From Eledone cirrhosa (Eukaryota), in contig OZ024744.1 in the NCBI GenBank assembly GCA_964016885.1, forward strand, positions 118,420,001 to 118,484,000: DNA of 64,000 nt, given 5' to 3'. Under the pieces are notes generated by a model, which saw only the letters and a program-made list of their open reading frames with translations, did no database searches and was not told the DNA's origin. Positions 27,828 to 42,398 of this stretch are shown here, one piece after another. The stretch's first letter is position 1. The number at the start of each line of letters is the position of its first letter. A program made the position numbers and the translations under genes.

Positions 27828-28320
27828 ATGCTTTGGGAGGGTCATGTTGCCAATAAGAAACACATGCACTAGTTGCTTTCACTCCAATTTATTATAAATT
27901 AAATTTATAAATTTAAGAATTTATAAATTTCTGGTTGGTTGGTTGGTTCCACAACTGGACGGTTGTTCATATATTGTCAAACTTCTTTTGTCACACATTC
28001 TGTGACCTCTTCAGTGACTGGGATTCTTTTCTTTGCTTTTGTGCTTCTTCTTTGTTCTGTCCTACGCCGTCTTGTTTTTGTGTGTGTTGTGTGCTTAGTT
28101 TGCGCATGTGTTACATCCGGGTGTCTGTGTGTGTTTATATTCGTTTATTTATTTGTTTATTTACATGCCACTGGTTAGTTGTTTGCTCTATGTGTGTGTA
28201 TGTTTTCATTTTGTCCCTAATTGTAAGTTGTGATGTTGCTAAAGCCAAGTACTCCACCCGTTTGCTGAAAATCATTCTAATTTTCAATTTCTGCTTGACC
28301 GGCAACCGCTCTGTATAATC
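27825..28320 (-). mobile_element. Penelope pLTR-like repeat with decayed hammerhead (27976-28018); related copy at ~50955-51150
   Basis: Reverse complement: gtca-CTGAAGA-ggtcaca..tgtgac-AAAA-gaag-TT-tgac (GAAA changed to AAAA); same motif at 51060-51100. Confidence 0.5.
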
Positions 28321-28597
28321 AGTTCCTGATTATTATTAGAATTCTATAAGAATCAAACATTCATGATTTTCAGCAAAGAGGTGGAGTACTTGGCTTTGAT
28401 AAGTAACAATCAGTACGAAAGAGAGCTCTGTCAGTTTTATCTCCCCTGTTTGCTGAACATTTAAAGTAAGTGAGACTGTCACTACTCTAAAACAATAGCG
28501 TAAGGTCTTCGAAATGATTTTAATTAAGCATACAGTGTATTGCAAAATACACTATATATACATTCATATATATATCGCTATTTCAGAGCACCAATTC

Positions 28598-29915
<1,318 letters not shown>

Positions 29916-30065
29916 ACTATGGCCTAAAACTCACCAACAGCCTAATAAGCCAACTACACCGTCACAGCTTACATACACCAACTACACCGTCACACCGTCA
30001 CAGGCAAAATATGTATATATATATATGTATATATGTATCTACATGTATACATATGTATATATATA

Positions 30066-30302
30066 TGTGTGGGGGACATAGAAATAATCGGGCTGGATGC
30101 CCGATCGCGCAGTTAAACCACTAGGAGTGAAGGACCCCTAGCCTTTGTCAGGGCATTCTTCTAGAAGGCAACTCAGGAAACTGGGATAACTCTGACATAA
30201 AACTTGTGGCTCAGTAGTAACTGATGATGTTGATCTTTTCTTCTTTTCGGGTTATAGCTACTGTCACTCAGAGAGTGGGATTGGCTCAGTGCACAGTCTT
30301 TC
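30066..30302 (+). mobile_element. Partial copy of the short RTE-derived element at 22670-23015
   Basis: Near-identical to 22670-22905. Confidence 0.8.
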
Positions 30303-30551
30303 CTCACCAACAGCCTAATAAGCCAACTACACCGGCACAACTTGTGGTAAAATATGTATTGTTCTATTTTTCACTTCCACGAAGTAAATCTTTATATAAA
30401 CACACAAAGCCATTCTTGTTATATCAACAACAACATTTATCTTATACAATACATTTCTCCTAAAGTGAATCAGCCTTTTATGTTACCCGAACCTAAACAT
30501 CGAGTGCTCACTCGGGTGAACCAACAGTAACTTCGCGTTACACTATATATA

Positions 30552-30585
<34 letters not shown>

Positions 30586-31174
30586 TATATATATATATAT
30601 ATATATATTGTTATACTTTGGGAGGGTCATGTTGCCAATAAGAAACACATGCACCAGTTGCTTTCACTTCAATTTATTGGCAACATGACCCTCCCAAAGT
30701 ATAACAATATCGGTTTCAACACACGATTTCAGATAAAGAATCTTGCTAAACAAATTCAGAAACGAAATATATATATATATATTATGTATATATATATATA
30801 TATACTATATATATATATATATTATGTATATATATATGTATATATATACTATATAAATGGCAATTTATGTCTGTCTGTGTGTAACCAGTTAGCACCTACA
30901 CCAATGATCTGATCCCGATAAACTTTACACACATGTTAAGCTAATATTCAGAAACAGGACTGGCTAATTGAATTTCAATAAAGGAGGAAATCTCAATAGA
31001 GGAGGAAAGAGAAGACATTTCAGTGAGAGAGGGGGAAGAGGGATACTCCTACTGTATATTAAACCCTCCCTCCCACAACTCAGTCTTCGAAAACGAGGCA
31101 ACAACTTATTAGAAATATATATAAAGAAATTTCAAACAAAGCAGACGACAATCTAATTTTGGTTAATGACTGAA

Positions 31175-31216
<42 letters not shown>

Positions 31217-32100
31217 CCTCTCTCTCACTCTCTCTCTCTTTCTCTCTCATATATATATATATCACATCCACAGATATGAAATCTGAACACGTGCACACGC
31301 TTAGGTCACATTAAGGTCAACTGCAGGAATTACTGATAAGTTACAACAAAGTGTTATGATCAATGACCTGGAAGTTGGCTTACCTGAGATTAGTCCGAAG
31401 AATAAACTCCAAATCGTATGTTGACGAATATTCGTACTCCCGACATGTTAATTGTAACATGCCGTCTTTGAGAGTAGAGTTTATTTAGTCGGTATTTCGA
31501 GGTGTCGGATCGTGGGAAGATTAACACGAATTAAGAAGATGTAACTTCTTCCCCCATTATTGACACTTTGCAACAGTGAATGTTACAAGGCCCTCTTTAG
31601 GGCCAACACCTCTGATTGTTTATCCGACTTATTATGGTGTGTTTTCTCGGGTTATGTCTACTATAGGGGGAAAACGGGATGGATTTATTGAATTGCTTCA
31701 GTCATTCAAAGGGCTTTACAAACGGTGATATACAGGGTGCTTGAACAGTACCTGAATATGTTCACTCAGTTATAATTTCTTCAATAATTGCGATGACTTC
31801 CTCAGTTGTTCTGAGTTTGTTCTTGAGCGCTAAGTTTGAGCGCTAAGTTTGCTATTCTTATACATAAGTTTGTTGAATAAGTTCGATACTCTTCGAGCTC
31901 AAACTTCCCCAGCTTATTCACTTTGAATGAAGAAAGCTGGATGGAAGAAGGACTTATGACTGAAACAGCTATTGATAGTTTCGCTAAAAAAAATTGATCT
32001 GGCATAAACACACCTAGCAAAGGTTGTTATTGAAAATCCAGTATGGCACCCAGGGTCGCTAGCATTTTCAGGCGCACTCTAGGAACTGCAAATATATATC

Positions 32101-33690
32101 TCTATATATATAAAATTAAGTATGTGTGTGTGTCTGTGTATTACCTATAGGGGCCTACATCTTACGACCGATTTTCATGAAACTTTACAGGTCCATAGAT
32201 TAGTCATCGGGGAGTGTTTTCTATATATCAGCGTATCGTTTTTTTTTTTATTCCGGGGTCATTAAATATTCAAAAGTAAATCAACCAAATACACAAAATC
32301 TTAGTTAAAACAAATTAAAGGGAAGTAAATCTTGATACCTAAGAAGCAGGACAGAAGGAATTATTTCCTGTTGATAGTTACTCTAATCGGTTAAAACAAT
32401 TTCCACACAATGACAAATGACTTTTTGGTCGCTCTACCAGCTAAAACTACATTGAACAAAATATTTAAGTAAAATCATCTTAAGAAACATCAACACCATT
32501 CTTTCATGAGACACTACTAATGAAAAAGAACGAATGTAGGAGAAATCGTCAATCCATATAAACTTTCACCGTTAACTCAGCAGACGACATCACTTAATAT
32601 CTACACTCCTACATCGATCTGTATGTTAATTCTCTCTCTCTCTCTCTATTTTATATATATAATCTTTCTCTCTATTTTATATGTGTATATATATAAAATT
32701 ATATACGATTTCACTCATTTCGCCATTTGCTACACCTTACGACCGATTTTCAAGAAACTCGCCAGCTCATGAATTTCCAACCAGGTTTTATTCCTACTTG
32801 GACTCCATTCATCTCAGTTCACACTATTGACTTCTACTAAACCGGGTGTCAACGATAATTCTTTAACTTTTTAAGCCTGCGATAAATGGTTACTTTGTAC
32901 AATCCGACTATACTGTTCTCTGCACTAATCTCTTTCATGGGTGCTATTCCAGATATGCTTAAACTATTCCGAAGAAAACGGCGCGAGGCAGAAGTATGAC
33001 AAATAGACGAGCAAGTGAGCCACTACAAAATGCTGAGATAAAACGAACTAGAAACGCAATGTCCACGACCGCTGCATGCACTGCTGAAAATGAGGGTCAG
33101 CACGTTCGCAGACAAAGAAGAAACGCAATGTCGACGGCCACTGCACGGACTACGGAGACATCATCCAAAAGGCGTGATCGGTTGCAGAGTAATCTTCAAA
33201 GAAACCTTTCCAGAAATGGTCTTTCAAGGCCTTCCAGTTCACGATGGCTACTTATGGCGTTTGAATATAGCCCTACCTTCAATAATGCCACCCATGCTAT
33301 GTGATCATTGGCGATATGTCCACCATTTGCACCTACTGCAATGCCATGAAGTGGCCAGGTGAACCATCTGGGATGTACTGCGCAAATGGAAAGATCAGCC
33401 TACCTTTCCTCCTTAATCCACCTGATCCATTGAAGACGTATCTGGCAGGTGAAACAGCGGAGTCTAAGCACTTCCTTGAAAATATCCGGAAATATAACTG
33501 TACCTTTCAGATGACATCGTTTGGAACAAACATTGTTAAGGAAGACGGTTTCATGCCTACATTTAAAGTTCAGGGGCAACTGTGTGTGGCCATAGATGAA
33601 TCATCGAGAAGCAGTTGCTAATATCAACACCTTTTCATCAAAACAGATATTATTTTACCTACCCAGGTAACGCTAGGTACTACTGATAGT
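32101..33690 (+). mobile_element. Internally deleted Helitron retaining the Rep N-terminal Cys-rich region
   Basis: 5' TCTATATATATAAAA; peptide IGDMSTICTYCNAMKWPGE..CANGK..FLENIRKYNCTFQMTSFG..FKVQGQ typical of Helitron RepHel; degenerate 3' hairpin acccaggtaacgctaggt..gatag|t. Confidence 0.85.
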
Positions 33691-33709
33691 ATATATATAT
33701 ATATATATA

Positions 33710-36570
33710 CTAGCTGCAGTACCAGTTATTCGCAGTTCTCATATATATTAATAATTAATGGTGCTGCGATCGAATGTGGCTTTTTAGCCCAACCAATGAT
33801 CTAAAATGTCTTGCACAGAGTTGGCAACCAAAACATTCACTGGCAATAACCGGCTGTGGTTGGAGTTCATGTACTTTTGCATGTCGTTTGAGCCCTCCTG
33901 CTGATTTACATTCTCTACCACATGCTTGGCAGGCATGATAAGTAGCATCTCCAACAGCAGCCTGGTAGTCAACCACTGGTCTCAGTTTATGACTGCGAAA
34001 ATGACTTTCGAGTCCAGCTTTGCTGAGGCAAAGTCTTGAACAGACGCTGCATGTCAGCGCCTTAGGAGGACCTTCGCTGTCTGGGAAATGTAACAGCAAT
34101 ACCTTTCCTGACATCCCTCTTTACTTTCTTGTATGCAATTCAAGATGCTTCAAAAGCAACTTTCCCCTCATATACAGTCTTTCTCCATTTATTACGATCA
34201 CCAGCAACATTTTCCCATGTATCAGCAGAGATGTTAGCGTCTTTCAGAGAGGCTTTCAAGGAATCCTTATACCTCTTTTTTGGCTTATGTGGCGGTCGTT
34301 TTCCTTTAACTAACTCTCCATAAAAGAGTTGTTTGGGTATTCTAGAATCCTTCATCCTGGCAAGGTGACTACTCCATCGGAGTCTTTGCTTAAGCACAAG
34401 AGCTTCTATGCTTTTACAAAGAGAGCTTTCCAAAAATTGGCATCACTGATGTGTTCCCTCCAGTGAATTCCATGGATCCGTCTGAGACGCATCTGAAATG
34501 CTACAATTGTTTAAGGTGGTGACCCAGGTCTCACAGGCATAAAGAAGAGAAGAGAGCACACATGCCTTGTACACCTTTACCTTTGTCTTCTTGCATATGT
34601 CTCGCCAACCCCAGAGGCACCTTTCTAGCTTTCCAAAAGCATCACTTGCTTTCCTAATCCTAAGTGGGATTTCACTATCAAGGTTGCTGTATTGATTGAC
34701 AGTGCTTCCCAGGTAGACAAACTGATCAACCACTCCAAGTCATTAACCATACACAGATATTTGGTTCATTGTACTGCTTACCAGGGGCAGGTTGGACATG
34801 ACGACAGTTTTCTTGAGACTGGCAATCAATCCTAGAGCAGTGCAAGCATCAGAAAATGCATTCAAAATGTGCTGCATATCAATCTCTGTGTGCACTACAA
34901 GATCGCAATCATCTGCATACAAGAGGTCTCTTATGATTGATGTAAATACTTTTGTTTATGCAGCAAAGCGCCTGATGTTAAATATGCTGCCAGAGGTTCG
35001 ATATCGGATGTAAACACCATGCTCGCAATTCCTGAATGTAATACAGAAAACCATTGCAAAGTATATGGCAAACAGGGTCGGTGCTGGAATATCCCCCTGT
35101 TTCACTCCATTTTTTACTGAGATAGGCTCCGACATTAACCCAAAGCTTCATGTCATCATGGAAAGACCTAACTAAAGCAAGGAACTTATCAGGGCAACCA
35201 AGTTTCTGGAGAACCTTCCATAATGCATCTCTGTTAACAGTATTGAAAGCTTTTGTCAGATGACAAAAACCTGATACAGATCCAAGCCTTGTTCAATGCA
35301 CTTCTTCTGGAGCTGTCTAGCTGAGAAGATCATATCAGTAGTGCCGCGTCCAGCACGAAAACCAGATTGACTTTCAGGAAGAACAGAATCTACAATGTGT
35401 GTCAGCAGATGGTCTAGAAGCACCCTACATAAAATTTTTCCTACGACAGAAAGCAATGATATACCTCTGTAGTTCCTACAATCATTCTTGTTACCCTTTC
35501 CTTTGTACAAGACCACCATTACTGCATCTCTCCAGGCCTCAGGTACGGATTCATTAGCCAATATCCTGCCAAACAAAGAGTGAAGATGTTGCAGGAGTCT
35601 CCTACCACCATATTGTAGGAGCTCAGCATGTATGCCATCCATACCTGGAGACCTTCCACTGTTCAGCTTCGAGATAGCTACTGCAACCTCCTCAAATGTC
35701 GGAGGTTCTTTCACAGGTTTTTCAGGAATGAGATTGAGGAAATCTTCATTGAAGACAGACGGCTGATTCAAAAGTTAATCAAAGTGCTCTCGCCACCTTC
35801 ACAGAATTCCCTGTGGGTCACGAAGAAGTTCCTTGCCATCCCTGGTGCAAAGCGGTTAAACCAGAGAAGAAGATGGTCCATAAACCTCACGCAAGAGACT
35901 GTACAACAGCTTTGTGTTATTGGAATCAGACGCAGTTTGTATCTCACCAACCTTCTCACTCCACCACTGATCCTTCATCTGAGAAAGACTCCGCCTAACA
36001 CGTGATTTTACATCCCTGAGTTCCTCATGCAAGGTATTCCTCTCCTGTGGTTTTGCCGTCAAGTAGCGTGACAGAGCACGCCTCTTATCAGCCAACAAGT
36101 CTTCTATATGTACATCATTCTCATTAAACCAGTCCTGATGTTTTCTCTGCACCAATCCTAGAACACGCCTGCCTACATCATAAACCGATTTTTTAAGGGT
36201 CAGCCAATCCTCACCAAGATCTGCAACATGCATATGTTCTCGCAATATCCTCTTCACACTATTATCTCTAAGACGAGCAGCATTCAATCTTCTGGGCAGG
36301 GTAACACCAGGAGCCTGGATTTTATGTTTTGTAATTAATTTCATTTTTGCATGAACCAGGCGGTGGTCTGTCCAACACTCAGCCCCATGAAGAACATGAA
36401 CACACTGGACACCCCACCTGTCACATACCCTGATAAGGACGGAGTGCAAAAAATGCCATTCCTTACATGCAGGGTGCATCCATGTGGTCTTAAATTTGTT
36501 CTTTTGTTGAAACACATTTCTCTGCTTCCCATCACCACAATTACGTCTACACTGTTCCCACCAACACATT
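33710..36570 (-). mobile_element. RTE/BovB-like LINE (partial APE, RT, three C-terminal C2H2 fingers), decayed
   Basis: ECWTDHRLV, NYRGISLLSVVGK, LPESQSGFRAGRGTTDM, FVYLGS, RIPKQLFYGEL; three Cx2C..H..H fingers at 33755-34060. Confidence 0.92.
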
Positions 36571-36668
36571 TACACTCACACAAGTCAATCCCCTATTTTT
36601 AGACTAAAATCACTGACCTGCTACCAAACTCCCTACTGTGTGTGGAATGTGTGTTGGTATATATTTAT

Positions 36669-38028
36669 AACAGATGCCCTCTTCTTGGTGAGACAAATGC
36701 AAGAGAGGTTCTTAGAGAAGAATAAGCCACTATACTTGGCCTTTGTTGACCTAGAGAAGGCCTTTGATAGGGTACCCCGATCTGTCATCTGGTGGTCCCT
36801 AAGGAAGCTGGGTGTTGAGGAATGGCTTGTAAGGACAGTGCAAACTTTGTACAGAGGTACTCTCAGTAAAGTCAGGGTAGGAATGGAGTTTAGTGAGGAA
36901 TTCCAGATACAAGTAGGAGTACATCAGGGTTCGGTCCTCAGCCCGCTCTTGTTCATTATAGTCCTCCAAGCCATAACAGAGGAGTTTAAGACTGGCTGTC
37001 CATGGGAACTTCTCTATGCTGACGATCTGGCTCTTATGGCAGAATCAGTAGAGGAGCTAGAGAATAAATTCCGGCTATGGAAACAGCAGTTGGAAGCAAG
37101 AGGACTGAGAGTAAATCTAGCTAAGACAAAAGTGTTGATGAGTAGAAAAGAGGACAAAACCCTGATTCCGTCAGGGAAATGGCCATGTTCGATATGCAGA
37201 AAAGGAACTGGCATAAATTCTATAAAATGCACACAATGTAGGTCCTGGGTACACAAGAGATGTAGCGGGATAGCAGGCAAACTAACAGGTAGGGAGAAAT
37301 ATGTATGCAGTAGATGTACAGGGAAATTAGACAGTAGAAGTCGCACTGATAGACACATTTTTCAAATGCGAGAGGGCGCTATAGAAGTGGTGGATAGCTT
37401 CCGGTACCTAGGAGATCAGATTAGCATGGGAGGAGGGTGTTCCGAGGCCATAGTATCTAGAATAAGGACGGGTTGGAAGAAGTTTAGGGAGCTGCTTCCT
37501 CTGTTGACGAAGAAGGGTTTCTCCCTGCGTACGAAAGGCCGGTTGTATGATGCCTGTGTGAGGAGCGCGATGCTGCATGGTAGTGAGACATGGGCAGCTA
37601 CCGCAGAAGATATGCGACGGCTGGAGAGAAATGAGGCAAGCATGCTCCGTTGGATGTGCAGTGTAAATGTGCGTGAACGACCCAGCATAAATGTGTTGAG
37701 AGAGAAACTGTCTGAGAGGGATAGAATGTAGTGTACGGGAGAGGAGACTGAGGTGGTATGGACATGTGATGCGCATGGAGGATGACCGATGGGTGAAGAA
37801 GTGCCAGGAAATGCCAGTTGAAGGAAGACGTAGTAGAGGTAGACCACGAAAAACATGGGCGGAGGTGGTGAGAACAGACCTCAGATCATTGAAGCTCACG
37901 GTGGAGATGACGAGGAACCGTGACGAGTGGAGAGATGCTGTGCTGAATAAGACCCGTCCCACCCTTGCAAGCAGGGAAAAGCGGACGTAAAATGATGATG
38001 ATGATGATGAATGATGATGATGATGATA
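36669..38028 (+). mobile_element. RTE-clade LINE, young 5'-truncated copy with PHD-like finger and (GAT)n tail
   Basis: ~350-aa open RT frame; highly similar to 24838-26140 in the opposite orientation; (ATG)n tail at 37992-38028. Confidence 0.95.
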
Positions 38029-38144
38029 TACATATCACTCAGTCAAAATGATCAACATACATACATAAATACATATATACATACAGACATACATACACAC
38101 ATTCATACATATAGGATATCTCTATGTAATACAGGAACAAGAAC

Positions 38145-38752
38145 TCCCTACCAAATATCTGCTACACAAAAGAGGAGGGCGATCAGTCGACAATAAATGT
38201 AGGCTGTGTAAAACAAGATTGAAGATGTTAGCCACATTGTTGCCATCTGTGAAAGAATGTTGTCTCGCTACTACCTCCCCATGAGACACAATGGGATAGC
38301 TAGAACCATCTGGAACACACCAAGGAAAACAAAATTAAAAACAAATAGGGTGGAATATGTTGAGATAGATGGCACTAAGGAATATTGGTGGGACCTGAAA
38401 ATAAAAACTGCCACCAAATTAAAACACAACCGGCCTAATATTGTTGTTTGGGGGCACACATTGAAAACATGCTCTGTTGTAGAGATCAGCTGCCCACATG
38501 ATGTCAATGTTGTATGAAAAATACAGGAGAATGTGGACATCTACAGACCATTGATGAGGAGTTTATAGATCCAGTATCCAATATACACCTTCAGCTTCAT
38601 ACTCATCATTATTGGAGCTAGAGGTTATATACCAACCCACTTGGACCAAAGTATAACTGAACTTGGATTTGTGGACAAAGACCACAGCTCACTAATTTCT
38701 AGACTACAAATGGCTGCAATAGCTGGCACCTTCAAAATTGGTAAAACATTCA
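38145..38752 (+). mobile_element. R4/Dong-like non-LTR element C-terminal fragment (CCHC knuckle + restriction-like endonuclease)
   Basis: QEQELPTKYL, CRLC..EDVSHIVAIC, RHN, HNRPNIVV..VVEISCP and IIIGARG motifs. Confidence 0.8.
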
Positions 38753-39957
38753 TTCTAACCTTGCTGACTGTTCCTCTATACATGGGTTGTATAGCTCTTA
38801 CAAGCCATTCATACTCCTAGTTTGCTAAGAATGTAGATTTTATATGTGGCCGGTGCTCTGGTGCAATAAGTAGCAGCAAGTGCCCACAGAATACTAGCTC
38901 ATTCCATTGCACAGATGGTTCTATAGAAATAGTGGACACCTTCCGTTACCTGGGTGACAAAATCAGCAGTGGGGGAGGGTGCTCTGAAAGTACAGTAGCC
39001 AGAGTCAGAACGGGATGGAAAAAGTTCAGAGAGCTTATACCAGTATTGGCCGCTAAAGGGTTCTCCCTAAAAATGAAAGGCAGATTGTATGATGCTTATA
39101 TACAAACAGCAATGCTACATGGCAGTGAGACATGGGCCTTGTGTGCAGAGGATCTACGCAGACTGGAGAGGAACGAAGCTTGCATGCTCCGTTGGATGTG
39201 TAACAGTAATATATGTGAACGGCAAAGCATAAATGAACTAAGTGAGAAATTAGGAATAAGAGGGATCAGATGCTGTTTACTTGAGAGAAGACTACGTTGG
39301 TATGGTCATGTGATGCGCATGAAAGATGACAGCTGTATAAAATATTGCAGGGTGATCAAATTTGATGGAAGTTACGGAGTAGGCAGACCCAGAAAAACCT
39401 GGGATGATCTGATAAATTCCGACCTTACACACTTGCACCTCTCTAAGACAATGACACGGGATTGAGACCTTTGGCACTCTGCAGTAATACGGAAGATCCA
39501 CCTCCCCTACGTACAAAGTTAAACCTAGTCAGTAGTCACCTCTTAACCAAATATACACTCCGACCCACTACCCCTACTCCCTCTTCCCACTCCGACCCAC
39601 ACCACCTTTTTTCTGTAAAGTTATGTTGGTACCACAACAGCCAGTCCAAACTAAAGTGGTAGTGTAGTTGACATGACAAAAAGTACCCAGTACACACTGT
39701 AAAGTGGTCATGTAGTTGACATGACAAAAAGTACCCAGTACACACTGTAAAGTGGTCATGTAGGTGTCATGACAAAAAGTACCCAGTGCACACTGTAAAT
39801 GTGGTTGGTGTTAGGAAGGGCCTCCAGCCATAGTAAACTTGCCAGATAGTCCTATATGACTGAGATACAGTCACCCGATCCATCTTGCCTCAAGTGGGAG
39901 TCTCACTCATGCTAGCGTAGAAGATGGATGTTAAACAATGATGATGATTATGATGAT
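38752..39957 (+). mobile_element. RTE-clade LINE (family of 6531-8308) with a short inverted 5' segment and 48-bp repeats in the 3' UTR
   Basis: DTFRYLGDKISSGGGCSES..GRPRKTW; 38752-38822 matches 7989-8058 in antisense; (GAT)n tail at ~39938-39957. Confidence 0.9.
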
Positions 39958-40023
39958 ACATACATACACATACATATATACATACATACATATATACATA
40001 TATACATATATATATATACATAT

Positions 40024-40634
40024 ATGGTGGCTGCCAACTCATTTTCGAGTACGGCCACTACTTTATATCCATGTAGGAGAACCCCTACCGATGCGCTGAA
40101 CGAGTGTGACTTTTTAGTCCAGCCAGCGACTTGAAAACTCTGGTACAAACACTACACTTGTGACAACTATTGACACATAGTGCTGGGCTCATGGTACCAT
40201 GTGATGACAAGTGCAGAGAGATCTCCAGATATAAAGCAATGCCTGTGCCGTGAAGCTTTTTATAGTGAGCAAAGGCACTGCACAAAGCCAGTCCCACTCT
40301 CTTAACCAAGATGATATTTACCAAAAAGAAGAACAAGTCAACATCATTGGATACCATCAGGGTTGCAGGTGTTATATCAGAGTTTTCCTTCTCCTAGAAT
40401 TCTGCCTTGACAAAGGCTAAGGGGTCATCTCTCCCGGTGATTTTGGATGGCCATTGACTCTTAAGAGCTCCTTTGCCCTTTGACAGGTTTTGTTTTTAGT
40501 CCTGCAGGATGTCCAAAGTCACCCTCCTCACCAAGAAACCTTGGTGGGGTTGCCAGTTTAGTCGCCAACGACCCGACCATGAGACAGGTTGTACTGGGAT
40601 ACATGTTACCAGTAGCACCAACTGGTGACCTGAC
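40024..40634 (-). mobile_element. RTE-derived bipartite non-autonomous retroposon, copy 2
   Basis: Colinear with 9344-9951 with the same two ends; embedded in (TA/TACA)n. Confidence 0.78.
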
Positions 40635-41184
40635 ATATATATACATATATAGATACATACATACATATATAGATACATACATACAGACAGACAGACATTT
40701 ATACATACATACATAATGACTTCCCCCATACATACACATATTCATACATATTATTTTGTGTCTGCAATAGTTCAAAGTATTTCAATGTTTATTGCTGTAT
40801 AAACTTTTGTAAAATAAAAAGAACTTTGATCCCAGTTCTACACAGAAAATAAACTAATCAATATTTGAGAATAAAACTCTTATTTTGAGAATAAAATGTT
40901 ATGAGGAAAATAAATATTACTTTCACTACACTGTCCTCAGTTGGTTTATATCCCGCAAGCAGAAATGATATTTATATGAGTTAAGATCTTGAGTTATGCT
41001 TTGAGGAAAGTAGGAAAACTAACTTATATTATATCATTACTGTAATACACTATTTTCGTTTTTTTAATTATTATTATTGCTACGTTACGGCCGTATACGT
41101 TCTGAGTTGCAATTCCACCGAGGTTAGGTTTCATCGAAACAATTATTATTCTTATTGCTGCCAATGTCAATGCCGGGACGGAGC

Positions 41185-41617
41185 TCCACCACCACTGACA
41201 CCACCACCACCACCACCACTGACACCACCACCACCACCACCACTGACACCACCATCACCACCTCTGCCACTGCCACCACTGACACCACCACCACCATCAA
41301 CACCACAACCACCATCACCACCTCTGTCACTGCCACCACTGACACCACCACCACCACCACCACCACCACTGACACCACCACCACCACCACCACCACCACC
41401 ACCACCACTGACACCACCACCACCACCTCTGTCACTGCCACCACTGACACCACCACCACCACCACCACTGACACCACCATCACCACCTCTGCCACTGCCA
41501 CCACTGACACCACCACCACCACCACTGACACCACCATCACCACCTCTGTCACTGCCACCACTGACACCACCACCACCATCAACACCACAACCACCACCAC
41601 AACCACTACCACCAACA
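41185..41617. repeat. (ACC)n-based minisatellite
   Basis: accaccactgacacc units; source of the poly-Thr and poly-Val ORFs. Confidence 0.9.
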
Positions 41618-42398
41618 TTAGGAGCGCTTGGAGACTGGAATGTGTTCAGGCGCTTACAGCCCTTGACCAGACGGGCAATGCAATCGGTGGAAACTCCACC
41701 TTGGCGTTCTATAGAGGGTTAGTGGAGGGAAAGAGCGACGACGTACTTGGGGAGACTCTGGGCGTCGACGAAAATCAACTAGCCAATCTCTTTGGGAGAA
41801 CTTTGGGGCCTTGGCCCATGGACGGATCCGGCTATCAGCTGAGTCCATCGTGAGGATTGCCCCGCCCTCTTCCTTTAGCCGAGAAGGGCAGGCAGTTTTT
41901 ATTGGTCTGGTGGCGATGGTAAAAGAGATTGCATGGTGGATGCATTTGAAAGGGTTGAAGACTGGTACTTTCCTCTTCAGTGATGCCCTCATTAACTTTT
42001 TCAGGTTTAACCTGAAAAAGGAAAATCAGGGTGGAGAGGGAAGTGCTGCCTTCCTGCCAGTTTGTTGAAAGGTGGGTGAGAGAGGCAAGAATGACCCATG
42101 TGAATGGGTCTACCCTGAACATGTGCCTGTAGCATCGTAGGAGGAAAACTAGGGCACTTGCCCTAGCGGTCAGGGTAACCGTGGCTTTTTTTAATGGGCT
42201 TTCTCCACGAATGTCCCTCGGAAGTCTCCCCCCTATTGAGGAATTTTTCATTGTTTCTTTTTTTGTTACATCCTCTGTTTTTGTTATTTTACACGCAGAA
42301 ATTCCCATTTGTACTGTCCTGTACTGTCCTGTACTGTCCTGTACTGTCCTGTACTGTCCTGTACTGTCCTTAATGTTTTACTTTGTGTAAACCCTTGT
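41618..42398 (+). mobile_element. L1/Tx1 LINE 3' fragment with an internal deletion and (GTACTGTCCT)6 in the 3' UTR
   Basis: Homologous to 43505-44445 but lacks ~43705-43908. Confidence 0.85.

Noticed and set aside
33755-34114. Host C2H2 zinc-finger gene
   Set aside because: Contiguous and co-oriented with the C-terminus of the RTE/BovB-like LINE ORF.
41155-41853. Mucin-like Thr-rich gene
   Set aside because: (ACC)n minisatellite read through into a Tx1 fragment; no signal peptide or splice evidence.
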